Part shown: piece by piece, positions 9,215 through 18,966 of the stretch | How the letters are laid out: the number at the start of each line of letters is the position of its first letter | Position numbering within the stretch: position 1 is the first letter of the stretch | DNA from: an uncultured Solirubrobacteraceae bacterium | GTDB taxonomy: Bacteria > Actinomycetota > Thermoleophilia > Solirubrobacterales > Solirubrobacteraceae | NCBI GenBank assembly: GCA_963802105.1 | Contig: CAWDHJ010000002.1 | Span: forward strand, 1,309,503-1,373,502 | Reading direction: 5' to 3' | Length of the DNA: 64,000 nucleotides | Position numbers and translations under genes: made by a program | Notes under the pieces: generated by a model | What the model saw: the letters and a program-made list of their open reading frames with translations, nothing else | Told to the model about the DNA's origin: nothing | The model's database searches: none

Positions 9215-9844
9215 ATGGGATTGCTGGACGACGCCATCCGCGAACACCTCGAGCTCAAGCGCCGACGGGGCGCTGACCCCGGAGAGGTTGCGCGCGAGCA
9301 GCACGAGGCGCTCGACCCGGTCGAGCTTGAGCGAGCGCCGCTCGAGGAGGGCGGTCATGCGCTTGCGGGCGAGCCCGCGCAGGACGCCGGCGAGTCGCTG
9401 GAGACGCTAGAGCCCGAGCTCGGTGCACCGGCAGCCGCTGGCGGGCCCGAAGCGGCGCCCGCGGCGTTTGCCGAGGCGCCGCCAACGCCCGCGCACGAGA
9501 CCGTCACCGCAGGCGCCGGCGAGACCGCCGAGCTCGACATGCGCACGGTGCTCGGCGACGATGTGGCTGCGAGCGACGAACTCGCGACGCCGGGTGTCGC
9601 CGGCGGCGTTCGCCCGGCGCCTGTCGCCGGGGCTCCGCTGCGCGACGACGCCCCGTCGGACGGCGACTCGCTCGAATGGGAGATGCCGGGGTCCGAGGAC
9701 GCGAGCGAGGAGCCGGAGCTCGACGCCGAGGAGTCGCCTGAGGACGTGCTCGAGGAGACGCCGGACTTCCTGCGCGACACGCCCGAGCAGGACCGGCTGT
9801 GGTTCGAGCAGCGCCCGCCGCGCGACTTCGACTTCGACAAGTAA
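9215..9844 (+). CDS. Acidic, largely disordered hypothetical protein
   Basis: MGLLDDAIREHLELKRRRGADP...EETPDFLRDTPEQDRLWFEQRPPRDFDFDK; GAGGGG RBS. Confidence 0.8.
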   Translation: MGLLDDAIREHLELKRRRGADPGEVAREQHEALDPVELERAPLEEGGHALAGEPAQDAGESLETLEPELGAPAAAGGPEAAPAAFAEAPPTPAHETVTAGAGETAELDMRTVLGDDVAASDELATPGVAGGVRPAPVAGAPLRDDAPSDGDSLEWEMPGSEDASEEPELDAEESPEDVLEETPDFLRDTPEQDRLWFEQRPPRDFDFDK

Positions 9845-9876
9845 GCCGCGCCCGTCCCCTAAACTCGGAAGCGCTC

Positions 9877-9949
9877 GGGGCCATAGCTCAGATGGGAGAG
9901 CGCCTGCTTTGCAAGCAGGAGGTCGCCGGTTCGATCCCGGCTGGCTCCA
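9877..9949 (+). tRNA. tRNA-Ala(TGC)
   Basis: GGGGCCATAGCTCAGATGGGAGAGC...CCTGC-TTTGCAA-GCAGG...GGTTCGATCCC...GCTCCA; G3.U70; TAAACT -10 at 9860-9865. Confidence 0.97.
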
Positions 9950-11420
9950 TGCTCGCGGTGGCGTGGCGACAGCCAACTCGCTACCAGCCCTGCGGCCATC
10001 AGGACGCTGACGATCAGCAGGATCAGCCAGATTGGCCTGACCAGCGTCAGGTCCGGCGGGTGTTCTCTCACCTTGGTGCTCGTGAAGACGAGCGCGGCCG
10101 CGCCGACGATCGGCATCGCGCCGGAGATCATCGCCATCGTTCGCACGCCGCTGACGCGGCCGCGCTCGAGCGCGCTTTCGCCGGACCTGACGAGCACGTA
10201 GCCGAGCACTACGGGCGTGACCGCGAGGAGCACGACGGTCGCCTCGGCATGAACTGCGATCGAACCGAGGCTGACGTACGCCGTCGCCATCAGCGCGGTG
10301 ACCATCAGCGCGGTTATCGCGCATGCCGTGATGAAGCCCCATTTCGGGGCCGCCAGGCTCACCTGCGCGAAGACGCGGTGCGAAGGCGCGCTGGTCGCTC
10401 CAAGGTAGATGTGCGCGCGGTTGTCGGCGATCGCAGCCGACGCCTCGTCGTCGTCGCCCCTCCGGGCGCCGATCGCGCGGGTCGACTTCGTCGTCGCGCT
10501 CGCCAGCATGATCGGCTTGCCGTAATCCATGTAGCGACTGCTCTGCGGCCCGACGAGTTCGTCGGAAGGCTCGATCGATTCGCTCGCGATCTCCGCGAGC
10601 GGTCTGACGCCTACGTTGGAGTCTTTCGCCGGAGGTAGCGCGAACGTGTCGACGCTCACCAGGTCCAGGCCGCCCGGCGGCCCGAGCACGTCGAGGTGGA
10701 AGCGAACGTGGCGGCCGGCATGGGGCAGCGGGATCAGGATCCTGTTGCGCTGCCAGGAGCACGAGTGCGCCCACTGCTTCAAGCGACGCGCTCTCACGGT
10801 GTACTCGGCGAAGTAGGAGAACTTGACGATCCGATCCGTCCCCGGCGCACCGCCGACGGCTACCCACAGGATCGAGCTGTCGGCGAGTCGCGCGGCGAGT
10901 TCGACGGTCAGGGCGATCCGCTTGGCGACCTCGTCCCTCACCGGCCTGGAGGCATACTGGAGAGCGTCGCCGAGCCGCGCGTTCAGCTCACTGCTGAGTT
11001 GATATACGGCGTGTTGGATGTCGTCCTCTGCCGGCTCCGGACAATGCACGATCGCGGCGAGCTCCTGCCGCAGCGGCAGCGGCAGCGGCGGGGGCTGCTC
11101 TGGCACGGGGTGCTCCAGACGATGCGCGCGACGAGCCCACGGACGCCGACACGAGCTTCGGCTAGCCGGCTCGCCTGCGCTCTCGCCGAGCGCGCGCGCG
11201 AGCGCCCGCTCTGCCAACCCCAGCAACAGGCCGAAGTTGACCCGCTGCCTCGTCGCTTCGCGATACAGCGAAAGAGGGTGGTCTCGGCGCTACCTTCGCT
11301 CATACGCACGGCCCCCCGGAGCCATGAATGACGTCTATTCCCGACTGTCCCAAATCGTAGTCCAATTCCGTGCTTCGGCGTCTGCGGCGATCGAGGCGCT
11401 CGCAGGCGAACGTGCACGGT
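9950..11420 (-). pseudogene. Broken gene for a protein with about 4 C-terminal TM helices
   Basis: Frame 9859-11226 has no stop before the tRNA and reads through it antisense; 5' part interrupted by TAG near 11292 and apparent frameshifts. Confidence 0.5.
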
Positions 11421-11559
11421 TCGCTGGGTGCCCGGCCTGCGCTCTCGCTTAGCGCGTCCCTTCGCGATCGAGCCAGAGGAGCGGGTGCTCTCGGAGCCAA
11501 GCGCGAGATGAGGTAGTCATCTGAGCCGCTGGCGACTACCCAACGCAGCTCGACGCGTG

Positions 11560-12177
11560 CTACCCCCGCACCGCCGGCGTCGCCGCCAACGTCGCAGGCA
11601 CCCCCCGCAGCGGCTGCGAGTACTCGGGGGTGGTCAACGCGGCGCGCACGAGGTCGAGGTGCCTGAGGATCGTCTCGGGCGCGAGCGGCTGTTGGGTCGC
11701 GGGGTGCATGCACAGGCCCTTGATCAACATCATCAGGTCGCTGGCGGTCGCCTCGGGACGGATCGCTCCGACTCGCTTGCCGCGCGCGAGCAGCGCGTCG
11801 AGCAGCTCCATCATCGCGGCGTGCGTGCGCTCGAGCTCCGGCGCGACGAGGAACGTCTCCTCGGTCAGCGTCTGCAGCAGCGCGCGGTTTTCCTCCTGCC
11901 GTTCGACGAGCTCCTGGACGAAGCGGAACGCGACGTCGGCGTCGTCGGGATCGTTCTCCAGGAGGTCGCGACCGGTTGCGAGCACCTCTCCGATCCGTTC
12001 GGCGAGCACGGCCGCGATCAGCGCGTCCTTGCTCGCGAAGTTCCGAAACAGCGTGCCGCGGCCGACTCCGGCGGCCGCGGCGATCTCGCCGACGCTCACC
12101 TCGACGCCGTGCTCGCGGAAGGCGGCGTCGGCCGCCTCCAGCAGGCGCTGCCGGTTGCGCAGCGCATCCTTCCTCAT
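11560..12177 (-). CDS. TetR/AcrR family regulator
   Basis: MRKDALRNRQRLLEAA...IAAAAGVGRGTLFRNFASKDAL. Confidence 0.93.
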   Translation of the reverse strand: MRKDALRNRQRLLEAADAAFREHGVEVSVGEIAAAAGVGRGTLFRNFASKDALIAAVLAERIGEVLATGRDLLENDPDDADVAFRFVQELVERQEENRALLQTLTEETFLVAPELERTHAAMMELLDALLARGKRVGAIRPEATASDLMMLIKGLCMHPATQQPLAPETILRHLDLVRAALTTPEYSQPLRGVPATLAATPAVRG

Positions 12178-12190
12178 GCTGTCCAGTCTC

Positions 12191-13654
12191 TCAGACAGCG
12201 GCTGTCACCGCCGACGGATCGAGGCTCAGCCCCTCGACGTGCCGGCGGCGCAGGAGCAGCACGAGGAGCACGGCGCCGGCCGCGATCATGATCGCGGCCG
12301 CGAGGAACGCGACGTGATAGCCAGAGACGGTCGCGGCGACGCGGCTCGCCGCGCTCGCCGCCGCTCCGTGGCCGAGCAGGCCGTTCGTGTGATCGACGGA
12401 GAGCGTCGCGAGGATCGCGAGCCCCAGCGAGCCGCCGATCTGCTGCGCGCTGTTGAACAGCCCCGAGGCCAGGCCGGCGTCGTCGTTGGCTACGCCCGAG
12501 GTCCCGAGCAGCGTGATCGGAACGAACACGAGGCCCATGCCGATCGACATCGGCAGCAGGCCGACGAGCAGGTCGGAGACGTAATGGCCGTGGACCGGCA
12601 CGCGCGTCAGGTACAGCAGCCCGGCCGTCGCGAGCACGAGGCCGATCACCGAGACGTCGCGCACGCCGAGCCGTTTGATGATCGCCTGCGAGACGCCGGC
12701 GCCGACGATGATTCCGAGCGACACCGGCAGGAACGCGAGACCGGCCTTCAGCGGGCTGTAGTGGAGCACGTCCTGGACGTAGAGCGAGGCGAAGAAGAAC
12801 ATCCCGAACATCGCCGAGGCGACGAGCATCATCACGATGTTCGCCGTCGCGATCGAGCGGATCCGGAAGATCGAGAGCCTGACGAGCGGCGCGGGCGAGC
12901 GGACCTCGAGCGCGACGAAGACCGCGAGCAGCGCGACGCCGAGCGCGAGCACGCCGATCGTCCGCGCACCGCCCCATCCCCAGGCCTGCGCCTTGACGAT
13001 CCCGAAGACGATCGCGAGCAGGCCCGCGGTCACCGTCGCCGCGCCGGCCGCGTCGAAGCGACGATGGCCGAGATCGGCTCGCGACTCCGGCACGTAACGG
13101 AGCGCGAGCGAGACCGTCGCGATGCCGACCGGAACGTTGACGAAGAAGTTCCAGCGCCACGAGACGAGATCGGTGAGGACGCCGCCGAGCAGCAGGCCGA
13201 AGGCGGCGCCGCCGGCAGCGATCGCCGACCAGACGCCGAGCGCGCGCGTGCGCTCGCCATGGTCCTGGAACGTCGTCATGATGATCGAGAGCGCCGCCGG
13301 CGAGACGAGCGCGCCGCCGAGGCCCTGCAGGCCGCGGCCGAGGATCAGCATCGTCGAGGACTGCGCGAGGCCGTTGAGCAGCGACGCGCCCGCGAACAGC
13401 GCGACGCCGGCGACGAACAGGCGCCGGCGTCCGAGCAGGTCGGCCGCGCGCCCGCCGAGCATCAGGAAGCCGCCGAAGATCAGCGTGTACGCGTTCACGA
13501 CCCACTGCAGGTTTGCGGGCGAGAAGTCGAGCCCGCGCTGAACGGAGGGAAGCGCGACGTTCACAATCGTGTTGTCGAGCACGACCATGAACTGCGCGAG
13601 GCAGGCGATCACGAGGATCAGCCAGCGGTTCGTCGACTGCGGTTCAGCGCTCAA
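12191..13654 (-). CDS. DHA2 (EmrB/QacA) 14-TM MFS efflux transporter
   Basis: LDNTIVNVALP, WVVNAYTL, GRAADLLGRRR, WRWNFFVNVPVG; AGGAGG RBS before TTG. Confidence 0.93.
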   Translation of the reverse strand: MSAEPQSTNRWLILVIACLAQFMVVLDNTIVNVALPSVQRGLDFSPANLQWVVNAYTLIFGGFLMLGGRAADLLGRRRLFVAGVALFAGASLLNGLAQSSTMLILGRGLQGLGGALVSPAALSIIMTTFQDHGERTRALGVWSAIAAGGAAFGLLLGGVLTDLVSWRWNFFVNVPVGIATVSLALRYVPESRADLGHRRFDAAGAATVTAGLLAIVFGIVKAQAWGWGGARTIGVLALGVALLAVFVALEVRSPAPLVRLSIFRIRSIATANIVMMLVASAMFGMFFFASLYVQDVLHYSPLKAGLAFLPVSLGIIVGAGVSQAIIKRLGVRDVSVIGLVLATAGLLYLTRVPVHGHYVSDLLVGLLPMSIGMGLVFVPITLLGTSGVANDDAGLASGLFNSAQQIGGSLGLAILATLSVDHTNGLLGHGAAASAASRVAATVSGYHVAFLAAAIMIAAGAVLLVLLLRRRHVEGLSLDPSAVTAAV

Positions 13655-13673
13655 GATCGACCTCCTGGGACGG

Positions 13674-13727
13674 AACTGGACTCGTCGGTCCGCTTAGGCT
13701 AACACAAGCGGACTCGATAGTCCGTTT
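13674..13727 (-). promoter_or_regulatory. Two TetR-type operators flanking an extended -10
   Basis: AACTGGACT-N4-GGTCCGCTT (13674-13695) and AAGCGGACT-N4-AGTCCGTTT (13706-13727) around minus-strand TGTTAGCCT (13696-13704). Confidence 0.75.
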
Positions 13728-13817
13728 ATCTGCCGGAGACCCACTCGGCCGTCCGCTGAGGAGCAACTCGCCGCGCTCGTCGACCCGCCCGGCCCGGTGC
13801 GCGTCGCTGATCGACCT

Positions 13818-14564
13818 CTACCCCGCCGCGGTCTCGCTCGCCATCGCGCGGCCGTAGAGCAGCCTGATCAGTCGCGCCTCGAGCGTCGCTTGGAACGGGT
13901 GCGGCGTGGCGATCGTGTGAAGCACGATCAGCATCCGCCCGGCCGTGAACGCGAGGAGGTCCTGGTAACGGCGCCTCGGCGGGTGGTAGGACGACGGCGT
14001 CGCGCTCCAACTCACCTCGTCGATGCCGACACGCGGCGCGATCGGGTGAGAGGACGCCTCGAGATGCGTTTCGCTGCCGGGGACGGTCGTGTCGCCGTCA
14101 CGCTCGAGGCACGCCAACGCGCGTGCACCGGCGAGCACCGAGAGCTCGTACTTCGCGGCGGGCGCGCTGCCGAACGTGTACACCTCAGACCACGTCCCTT
14201 CGACCCGACTGGAGCCAGCCGGCGTCAGGCCGCGCGTGAAGTCCGGGGAGCGAAAGCCGACGACCTCGGGGGCTCCCAGGTGCGTGACGCCGCCGTCGCA
14301 GCGTTCGATCCACGGGTCGAACGGACCGTCTTCGGGCGGGCGTTCGCCTTCGAGACGGACCGCGACACCTTGCTCCCACACGCGACCGGCGACGGAGCCC
14401 GGCACGTCGCCCGCGCGCAGGTTGACGGCGCGCGCCGCCGCGGCGCTCGTGCCCGGCGCTCCACTCCCATGCGTGGCGCCGCCGCCCCCGCAGCCCGCGA
14501 CGAGGCCGACCGCGGCCGCGAGCGCTGCGAAGACGCCGATCGAGCGCGACAGCTTCCAAGCCAT
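13818..14564 (-). CDS. Putative lipoprotein
   Basis: MAWKLSRSIGVFAALAAAVGLVAG|C lipobox. Confidence 0.7.
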   Translation of the reverse strand: MAWKLSRSIGVFAALAAAVGLVAGCGGGGATHGSGAPGTSAAAARAVNLRAGDVPGSVAGRVWEQGVAVRLEGERPPEDGPFDPWIERCDGGVTHLGAPEVVGFRSPDFTRGLTPAGSSRVEGTWSEVYTFGSAPAAKYELSVLAGARALACLERDGDTTVPGSETHLEASSHPIAPRVGIDEVSWSATPSSYHPPRRRYQDLLAFTAGRMLIVLHTIATPHPFQATLEARLIRLLYGRAMASETAAG

Positions 14565-14691
14565 GAGGGGAATATCGGCATCCAGACCCGGCGCTTGAGC
14601 GCCGAGGACGGTTGACAGCACCGATCTTCTGCGTCTCAGGCGCTCGCGGCGGCCTTCGCCGGGGCCAGGACGCCGGCGACCTCGCAGACGC

Positions 14692-14724
14692 GCGGAGGGC
14701 GCCGACCAGGTCGACGCCCTCCGC
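14692..14724 (-). terminator. Intrinsic terminator-like hairpin
   Basis: GCGGAGGGCGTCGAC-CTG-GTCGGCGCCCTCCGC; the single mismatch is a U.G pair only on the minus strand; 32 nt after a stop. Confidence 0.65.
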
Positions 14725-14756
14725 TCGCCAGTCCGTCTAGGAGCCGCTACACGCGC

Positions 14757-15701
14757 CTAGAATTTTTCGCTGGCGATCACCGCTGCGGAGCTCGCGAGGT
14801 TCAGTTCGCCGTCGAAGATCGCGACGCCTTCGCCTGCTTTGCTCGGGAGTTTGAGCCGCTGGTCGACGATCGGATCGATGATCGAGCTGTAGATCCCGCC
14901 GCACCCTTCGGCGGCCGGCTCCGCGAAATCGTTTTCGACGAGCGAGTCGCCGGTGATGCGCACCGCTTTCTGACCTTTTTCTTCGAGCGTTTCCTGTTTG
15001 CCGAATGCGCCTTTGAGCGCTTTGACGCCGACCGGCGGGTGCGTTTCGCCGCTCGTCAGGTTCCATTTGACCGGGTTCGATTCGGAGCCGACGTAGCACG
15101 AGCTGCCGAGGAACGGGTTCTTCAGGTGGATTCTCGCGAGCAGCGCGAGCGCCGTTCCTTTTTCTTCGCGTAGATCGCCTTCGTTGAACACCGCGAGGTG
15201 TTTCGCACTGGCGACGAGTTCGATCGTCGCCGTGACGGCCGTGTTTTTTTCTTCGTAGATCGCCTGGCACTCGGCGCGGAGAGTTTTTTCGTAGAGCCCT
15301 TCGCCTTTGATTTCCGAGCAGCCGAGGATCGCGGTCAGCCCGCCCGGCACCGACAGTTCGGTCTTCGACAGCGTTTCACCGTTTTTCGCCGCGAGCAGGT
15401 CGTATTCGTTCGGGTTGCCCGTCGGCACGAGCCCTCCCTGCAGGGTCAGCGTTTTGCTGATCGGCACCTTGTCTGACCCGACCGAGAATTCGCCGCTCGT
15501 CGTCCTGTCGTAGAGGCACTGCGTCACTTCTTTGTTTTCGGTCGTGCACTGGTTGAAGATTTTGAAGATGCCTTTCGGTTCGGCGGATGCCGGCGCGGCG
15601 GCGGCGAGCGCCGTCAGCGGCACCGTCAGCGCGATCGCGGCCGTCGCGAGTGCGCGCCTGCTCGCGCTCGCCCGCCGCCGAGTTGTGCGGTTCCCCAGCA
15701 T
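14757..15701 (-). CDS. Secreted hypothetical protein (Lys/Glu-rich, six Cys)
   Basis: Signal peptide ...AAAPASA|EPK; GAAAG upstream. Confidence 0.8.
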   Translation of the reverse strand: MLGNRTTRRRASASRRALATAAIALTVPLTALAAAAPASAEPKGIFKIFNQCTTENKEVTQCLYDRTTSGEFSVGSDKVPISKTLTLQGGLVPTGNPNEYDLLAAKNGETLSKTELSVPGGLTAILGCSEIKGEGLYEKTLRAECQAIYEEKNTAVTATIELVASAKHLAVFNEGDLREEKGTALALLARIHLKNPFLGSSCYVGSESNPVKWNLTSGETHPPVGVKALKGAFGKQETLEEKGQKAVRITGDSLVENDFAEPAAEGCGGIYSSIIDPIVDQRLKLPSKAGEGVAIFDGELNLASSAAVIASEKF

Positions 15702-15900
15702 GTGGCAATCTCACTTTCGTTCGCCTGCGGAGCATTTGAGGATAGGGAATCGTGTTGGTCTATGGGCTTTGCGGGGACCAGTCGCGCGCGGCCAGGCGGT
15801 GCCACCCGGCCACCGCGCGCCCGCGTCCGCGCCGCACGCCCACGCCCGCGCTTCGCCGCGGGCCGCCGCGCCGAAGGAGCTGCGGGCTCGTCGGCAAGCC

Positions 15901-15927
15901 TGTCCATATCGGCGCTCGCAGCTCGTC
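15901..15927 (+). promoter_or_regulatory. ECF41/SigJ-like promoter
   Basis: TGTCCAT-N16-CGTC versus ECF41 consensus TGTCACA-N16-CGTC, upstream of a CMD gene. Confidence 0.55.
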
Positions 15928-16012
15928 TACTCGGTAGATCTCGGACGAGCCGGCGCGCGTAGCGATCGCCGGCGGCCGAGCGCACATCGTCCGCAACCCG
16001 AAGGAAGGCGAC

Positions 16013-16498
16013 ATGCAGGCAAGAATCGAGAACCCGGCGCTCAGCGTTCCCGGCGCGCTCGAGGCGCTCCGCGACCTCGCCGCGTCGGCGTCGACCGCTG
16101 GAATCCCCGAGACGACGCTCTACCTCGCGCAGCTGCGCGCGAGCCAGATCAACGGCTGCAGCGTGTGCGTCGACATGCACTCGCGCGAGCTCGAGCTCGT
16201 CGGCGAGAGCAGCGAGCGCATCCACACCGTCGCGGCGTGGCGCGAGACGCCGTACTTCAGCGACGCCGAGCGCGCGGCGCTCGCACTGACCGAGGCGACG
16301 ACGCGGCTCGCCGACAGTCGCGACCCGGTGCCGGACGAGCTGTGGGCGCAGGCCGCGCGCCACTACGACGAGCCGCAGCTCGCGGCGCTCGTGATCGCGA
16401 TCGCGGCGATCAATGCGTTCAACCGCGTCAACGCCGCCACGCGGCAGATCACCGGCGAGTTCGTCGCGCGGATCGTCGAGGCGAGCCACGCCGCCTGA
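16013..16498 (+). CDS. Carboxymuconolactone decarboxylase/AhpD family protein
   Basis: LRASQINGCSVCVDMH, ERAALALTEA, INAFNR; AAGGAAGG RBS. Confidence 0.92.
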   Translation: MQARIENPALSVPGALEALRDLAASASTAGIPETTLYLAQLRASQINGCSVCVDMHSRELELVGESSERIHTVAAWRETPYFSDAERAALALTEATTRLADSRDPVPDELWAQAARHYDEPQLAALVIAIAAINAFNRVNAATRQITGEFVARIVEASHAA

Positions 16499-16567
16499 TC
16501 CGCGCGCGTCCAAAACGCCGGTGTACGCCGCGCTCGCGCGTGCGTTCATGTTTAATGCGTAGATCGC

Positions 16568-17395
16568 ATGAGGCTCGCGCGCGCCATCTGCCTGACCCTG
16601 CTCGGCTCGGCGCTGCTCGCCGCGCCGACGCAGGCGTCGGCCGAAGAAATCCCGGCGCCGACGCTCGCGGTCAAAGCGGCGGCCGTGCCGATTCCGGGGT
16701 TCCCGGGCACCGGCAACTTCTACGGCAAGGGCGCCGACGTCGAAGCGACGCTCGAAATCTCCGGCTCGGGCTACGGCTCGACGCCGCAGAACCCGAAAGG
16801 GAGCGTGCCGCCGGTGTCGGGCGTCAACGTCTACCTGCCGAAGGGCGTCAAGCTCCACCAGTCGGGCTTCGGCTCGTGCCCGGAAGCGACGCTCCAGAAC
16901 ATCGGCCCGAGCGGCTGCCCGAAGAGCTCGGTCGCGAGCCCGGTCGGCAGCGTGCTCGGCGAAGTGACGTTCGGCAGCGAACGCGTGCCGGAGAGCGCGA
17001 CGCTGCAGGCGTTCTTCGCTCCCGGCGGCAGCGTGCTGTTCTACACGCAGGGCTCGACTCCGGTCAGCCTCGAAGTCGTCTCGAAGGGGCGCTTCGTGCC
17101 GAGCTCCGGCAAATACTCGTGGGAGCTTCAGACGCTCGTGCCGCCGGTCGCGACCGTGCCGGGCGCGCCGCTCGCGTCGGTCAGCAAGATCCACATCAAG
17201 GCCGGCGCCGCGTACCGCTCGCACGGCAAGGTGATCTCCTACGGCACGGTGCCGCGCAAGGGCGAATGCCCGAAGGGCGGCTTCTTCGGCAAGGTCGAAG
17301 TGACCTTCGGCGGGACGTTCGGCGGCGAACGCGAATTCGGCATCCCCGCGATAACGGTCGCCGACGTGATCCGCGTTCCCTGCCCGACGCGCTAG
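16568..17395 (+). CDS. Secreted hypothetical protein
   Basis: Signal peptide ...PTQASA|EE; Cys pairs CP...GCPKSS and CPKGGF...CP. Confidence 0.8.
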   Translation: MRLARAICLTLLGSALLAAPTQASAEEIPAPTLAVKAAAVPIPGFPGTGNFYGKGADVEATLEISGSGYGSTPQNPKGSVPPVSGVNVYLPKGVKLHQSGFGSCPEATLQNIGPSGCPKSSVASPVGSVLGEVTFGSERVPESATLQAFFAPGGSVLFYTQGSTPVSLEVVSKGRFVPSSGKYSWELQTLVPPVATVPGAPLASVSKIHIKAGAAYRSHGKVISYGTVPRKGECPKGGFFGKVEVTFGGTFGGEREFGIPAITVADVIRVPCPTR

Positions 17396-17408
17396 ACGCG
17401 CACCGCGC

Positions 17409-17807
17409 TTAGCGCTCGTCGTACTCCGCGTCGCTCACGTGCTCGCCCCACGTCGCGGCGTTGCCGTCCTCGTCGACGTCGAGCATCGCGATGTGCGTCA
17501 TCAGCCGGTCGCGCGCGGCGCCGTGCCAGTGCTCCTCGCCGGGCTCGAAGAAGACGCGGTCGCCCGGGCGGATGACCTCGACCGGCCCGCCGCGTCGCTG
17601 GCAGCGCCCGACGCCCTCGATCACGTAGATCGTCTGGCCGTGCGGGTGCGTGTGCCACGCCGTGCGCGCGCCGGGCGTGAAGTGCACGCTGCTCGCCTGC
17701 ACGCGCGAGGACGCGCTCGGCGCCGCGACCGCGTCGATGAAGACGGCGCCCGTGAACCACTCGCTCGGGCCCGCGCCGGTTTCGATCGAACTTCTCGTCA
17801 TCTGCAT
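17409..17807 (-). CDS. Cupin domain protein
   Basis: FTPGARTAWHTHPHGQ, PGEEHWHGA, MTHIA; AGGGAG RBS. Confidence 0.9.
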   Translation of the reverse strand: MQMTRSSIETGAGPSEWFTGAVFIDAVAAPSASSRVQASSVHFTPGARTAWHTHPHGQTIYVIEGVGRCQRRGGPVEVIRPGDRVFFEPGEEHWHGAARDRLMTHIAMLDVDEDGNAATWGEHVSDAEYDER

Positions 17808-17986
17808 CTCGACTCCCTGCTCGCGATTTTTTTCAGGATTGCGCCGACTGCTACGCCGGCGCCTCGTCGGCTTGCGCAGTTTCCCGCAGTTCTCGTGAGA
17901 CCTCTCTCGACGCGACGACGAGGACCCGGCTACGGCACGTTCGAAGTGACGCCGCGTAAGACTGGCGCGTGTGCGACTGTGCACGC

Positions 17987-18966
17987 GTGAACGACGACGC
18001 GGCGATCGAGATCGAGGGGCTCGTCAAGCGCTTCGGCGACGTGTGCGCGCTCGACGGCGTCGATCTCGCCGCGGCGCGCGGGCAGCGTGCTCGGCCTGCT
18101 CGGGCCGAACGGCGCCGGCAAGACGACGCTCGTGCGCGTGCTCGCGACGCTGCTGAAGGCCGACGCCGGTTCGGCGCGCGTGCTCGGGCTCGACGTCGTG
18201 CGCGACGCCGCCGCGCTGCGCGAGCGGATCGGGCTCGCCGGCCAGTACGCGGCCGTCGACGAGAACCTCACGGGGCTCGAGAACCTGACGATGGTCGGCC
18301 GCCTGTACGGCGCGAAGCGCGCCGCCGCGAAGGCTCGCGGGCGCGAGCTGCTCGACCGCTTCGACCTGCTCGAGGCCGCCTCGCGGCCGACGAAGACCTA
18401 CTCCGGCGGCATGCGCCGCCGGCTCGACCTCGCCGCGGCGCTCGTCGCGCGCCCGCCGGTACTGTTCCTCGACGAGCCGACGACCGGCCTCGACCCGCGC
18501 AGCCGCCTGAGCCTGTGGTCGATCATCGAAGGGCTCGTCGCCGAAGGCACGACGGTGCTGCTGACGACGCAGTACCTAGACGAGGCCGACCGGCTCGCCG
18601 ACACGATCGCCGTCATCGACCACGGCCGCCTGATCGCCGAGGGCACCTCCGACGAGCTCAAGGACCGCCTCGGCGGCGAGCGCCTCGAGGTGCACCTCGA
18701 AGACGGCGCCGACCCGCTCGTCGCCGCGCGCGCGCTCGCGCCGATGTCCGACGAGCAGCCGAGCGTCGAGCGCAACGTCGTCGGCGTCGGCGTGCGCGAG
18801 CGCTCGCGGCGCGATCGTCGAGGCCGTCCGCCGGCTGAGCGAGGCCGGGATCGGCGTCGACGACCTCGCGCTGCGCCGCCCGACGCTCGACGACGTGTTC
18901 CTCGCGCTGACCGGCCACGCCGCCGAACAGGCCTCCGAGGAGGACGAGCGGGAGCGCGCCGCGTGA
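17987..18966 (+). pseudogene. DrrA-like ABC ATPase with two apparent +1 frameshifts (may be sequencing errors)
   Basis: IEGLVKRFG; shift near 18080; [23 protein letters not shown]; shift near 18808; [14 protein letters not shown]. Confidence 0.8.
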
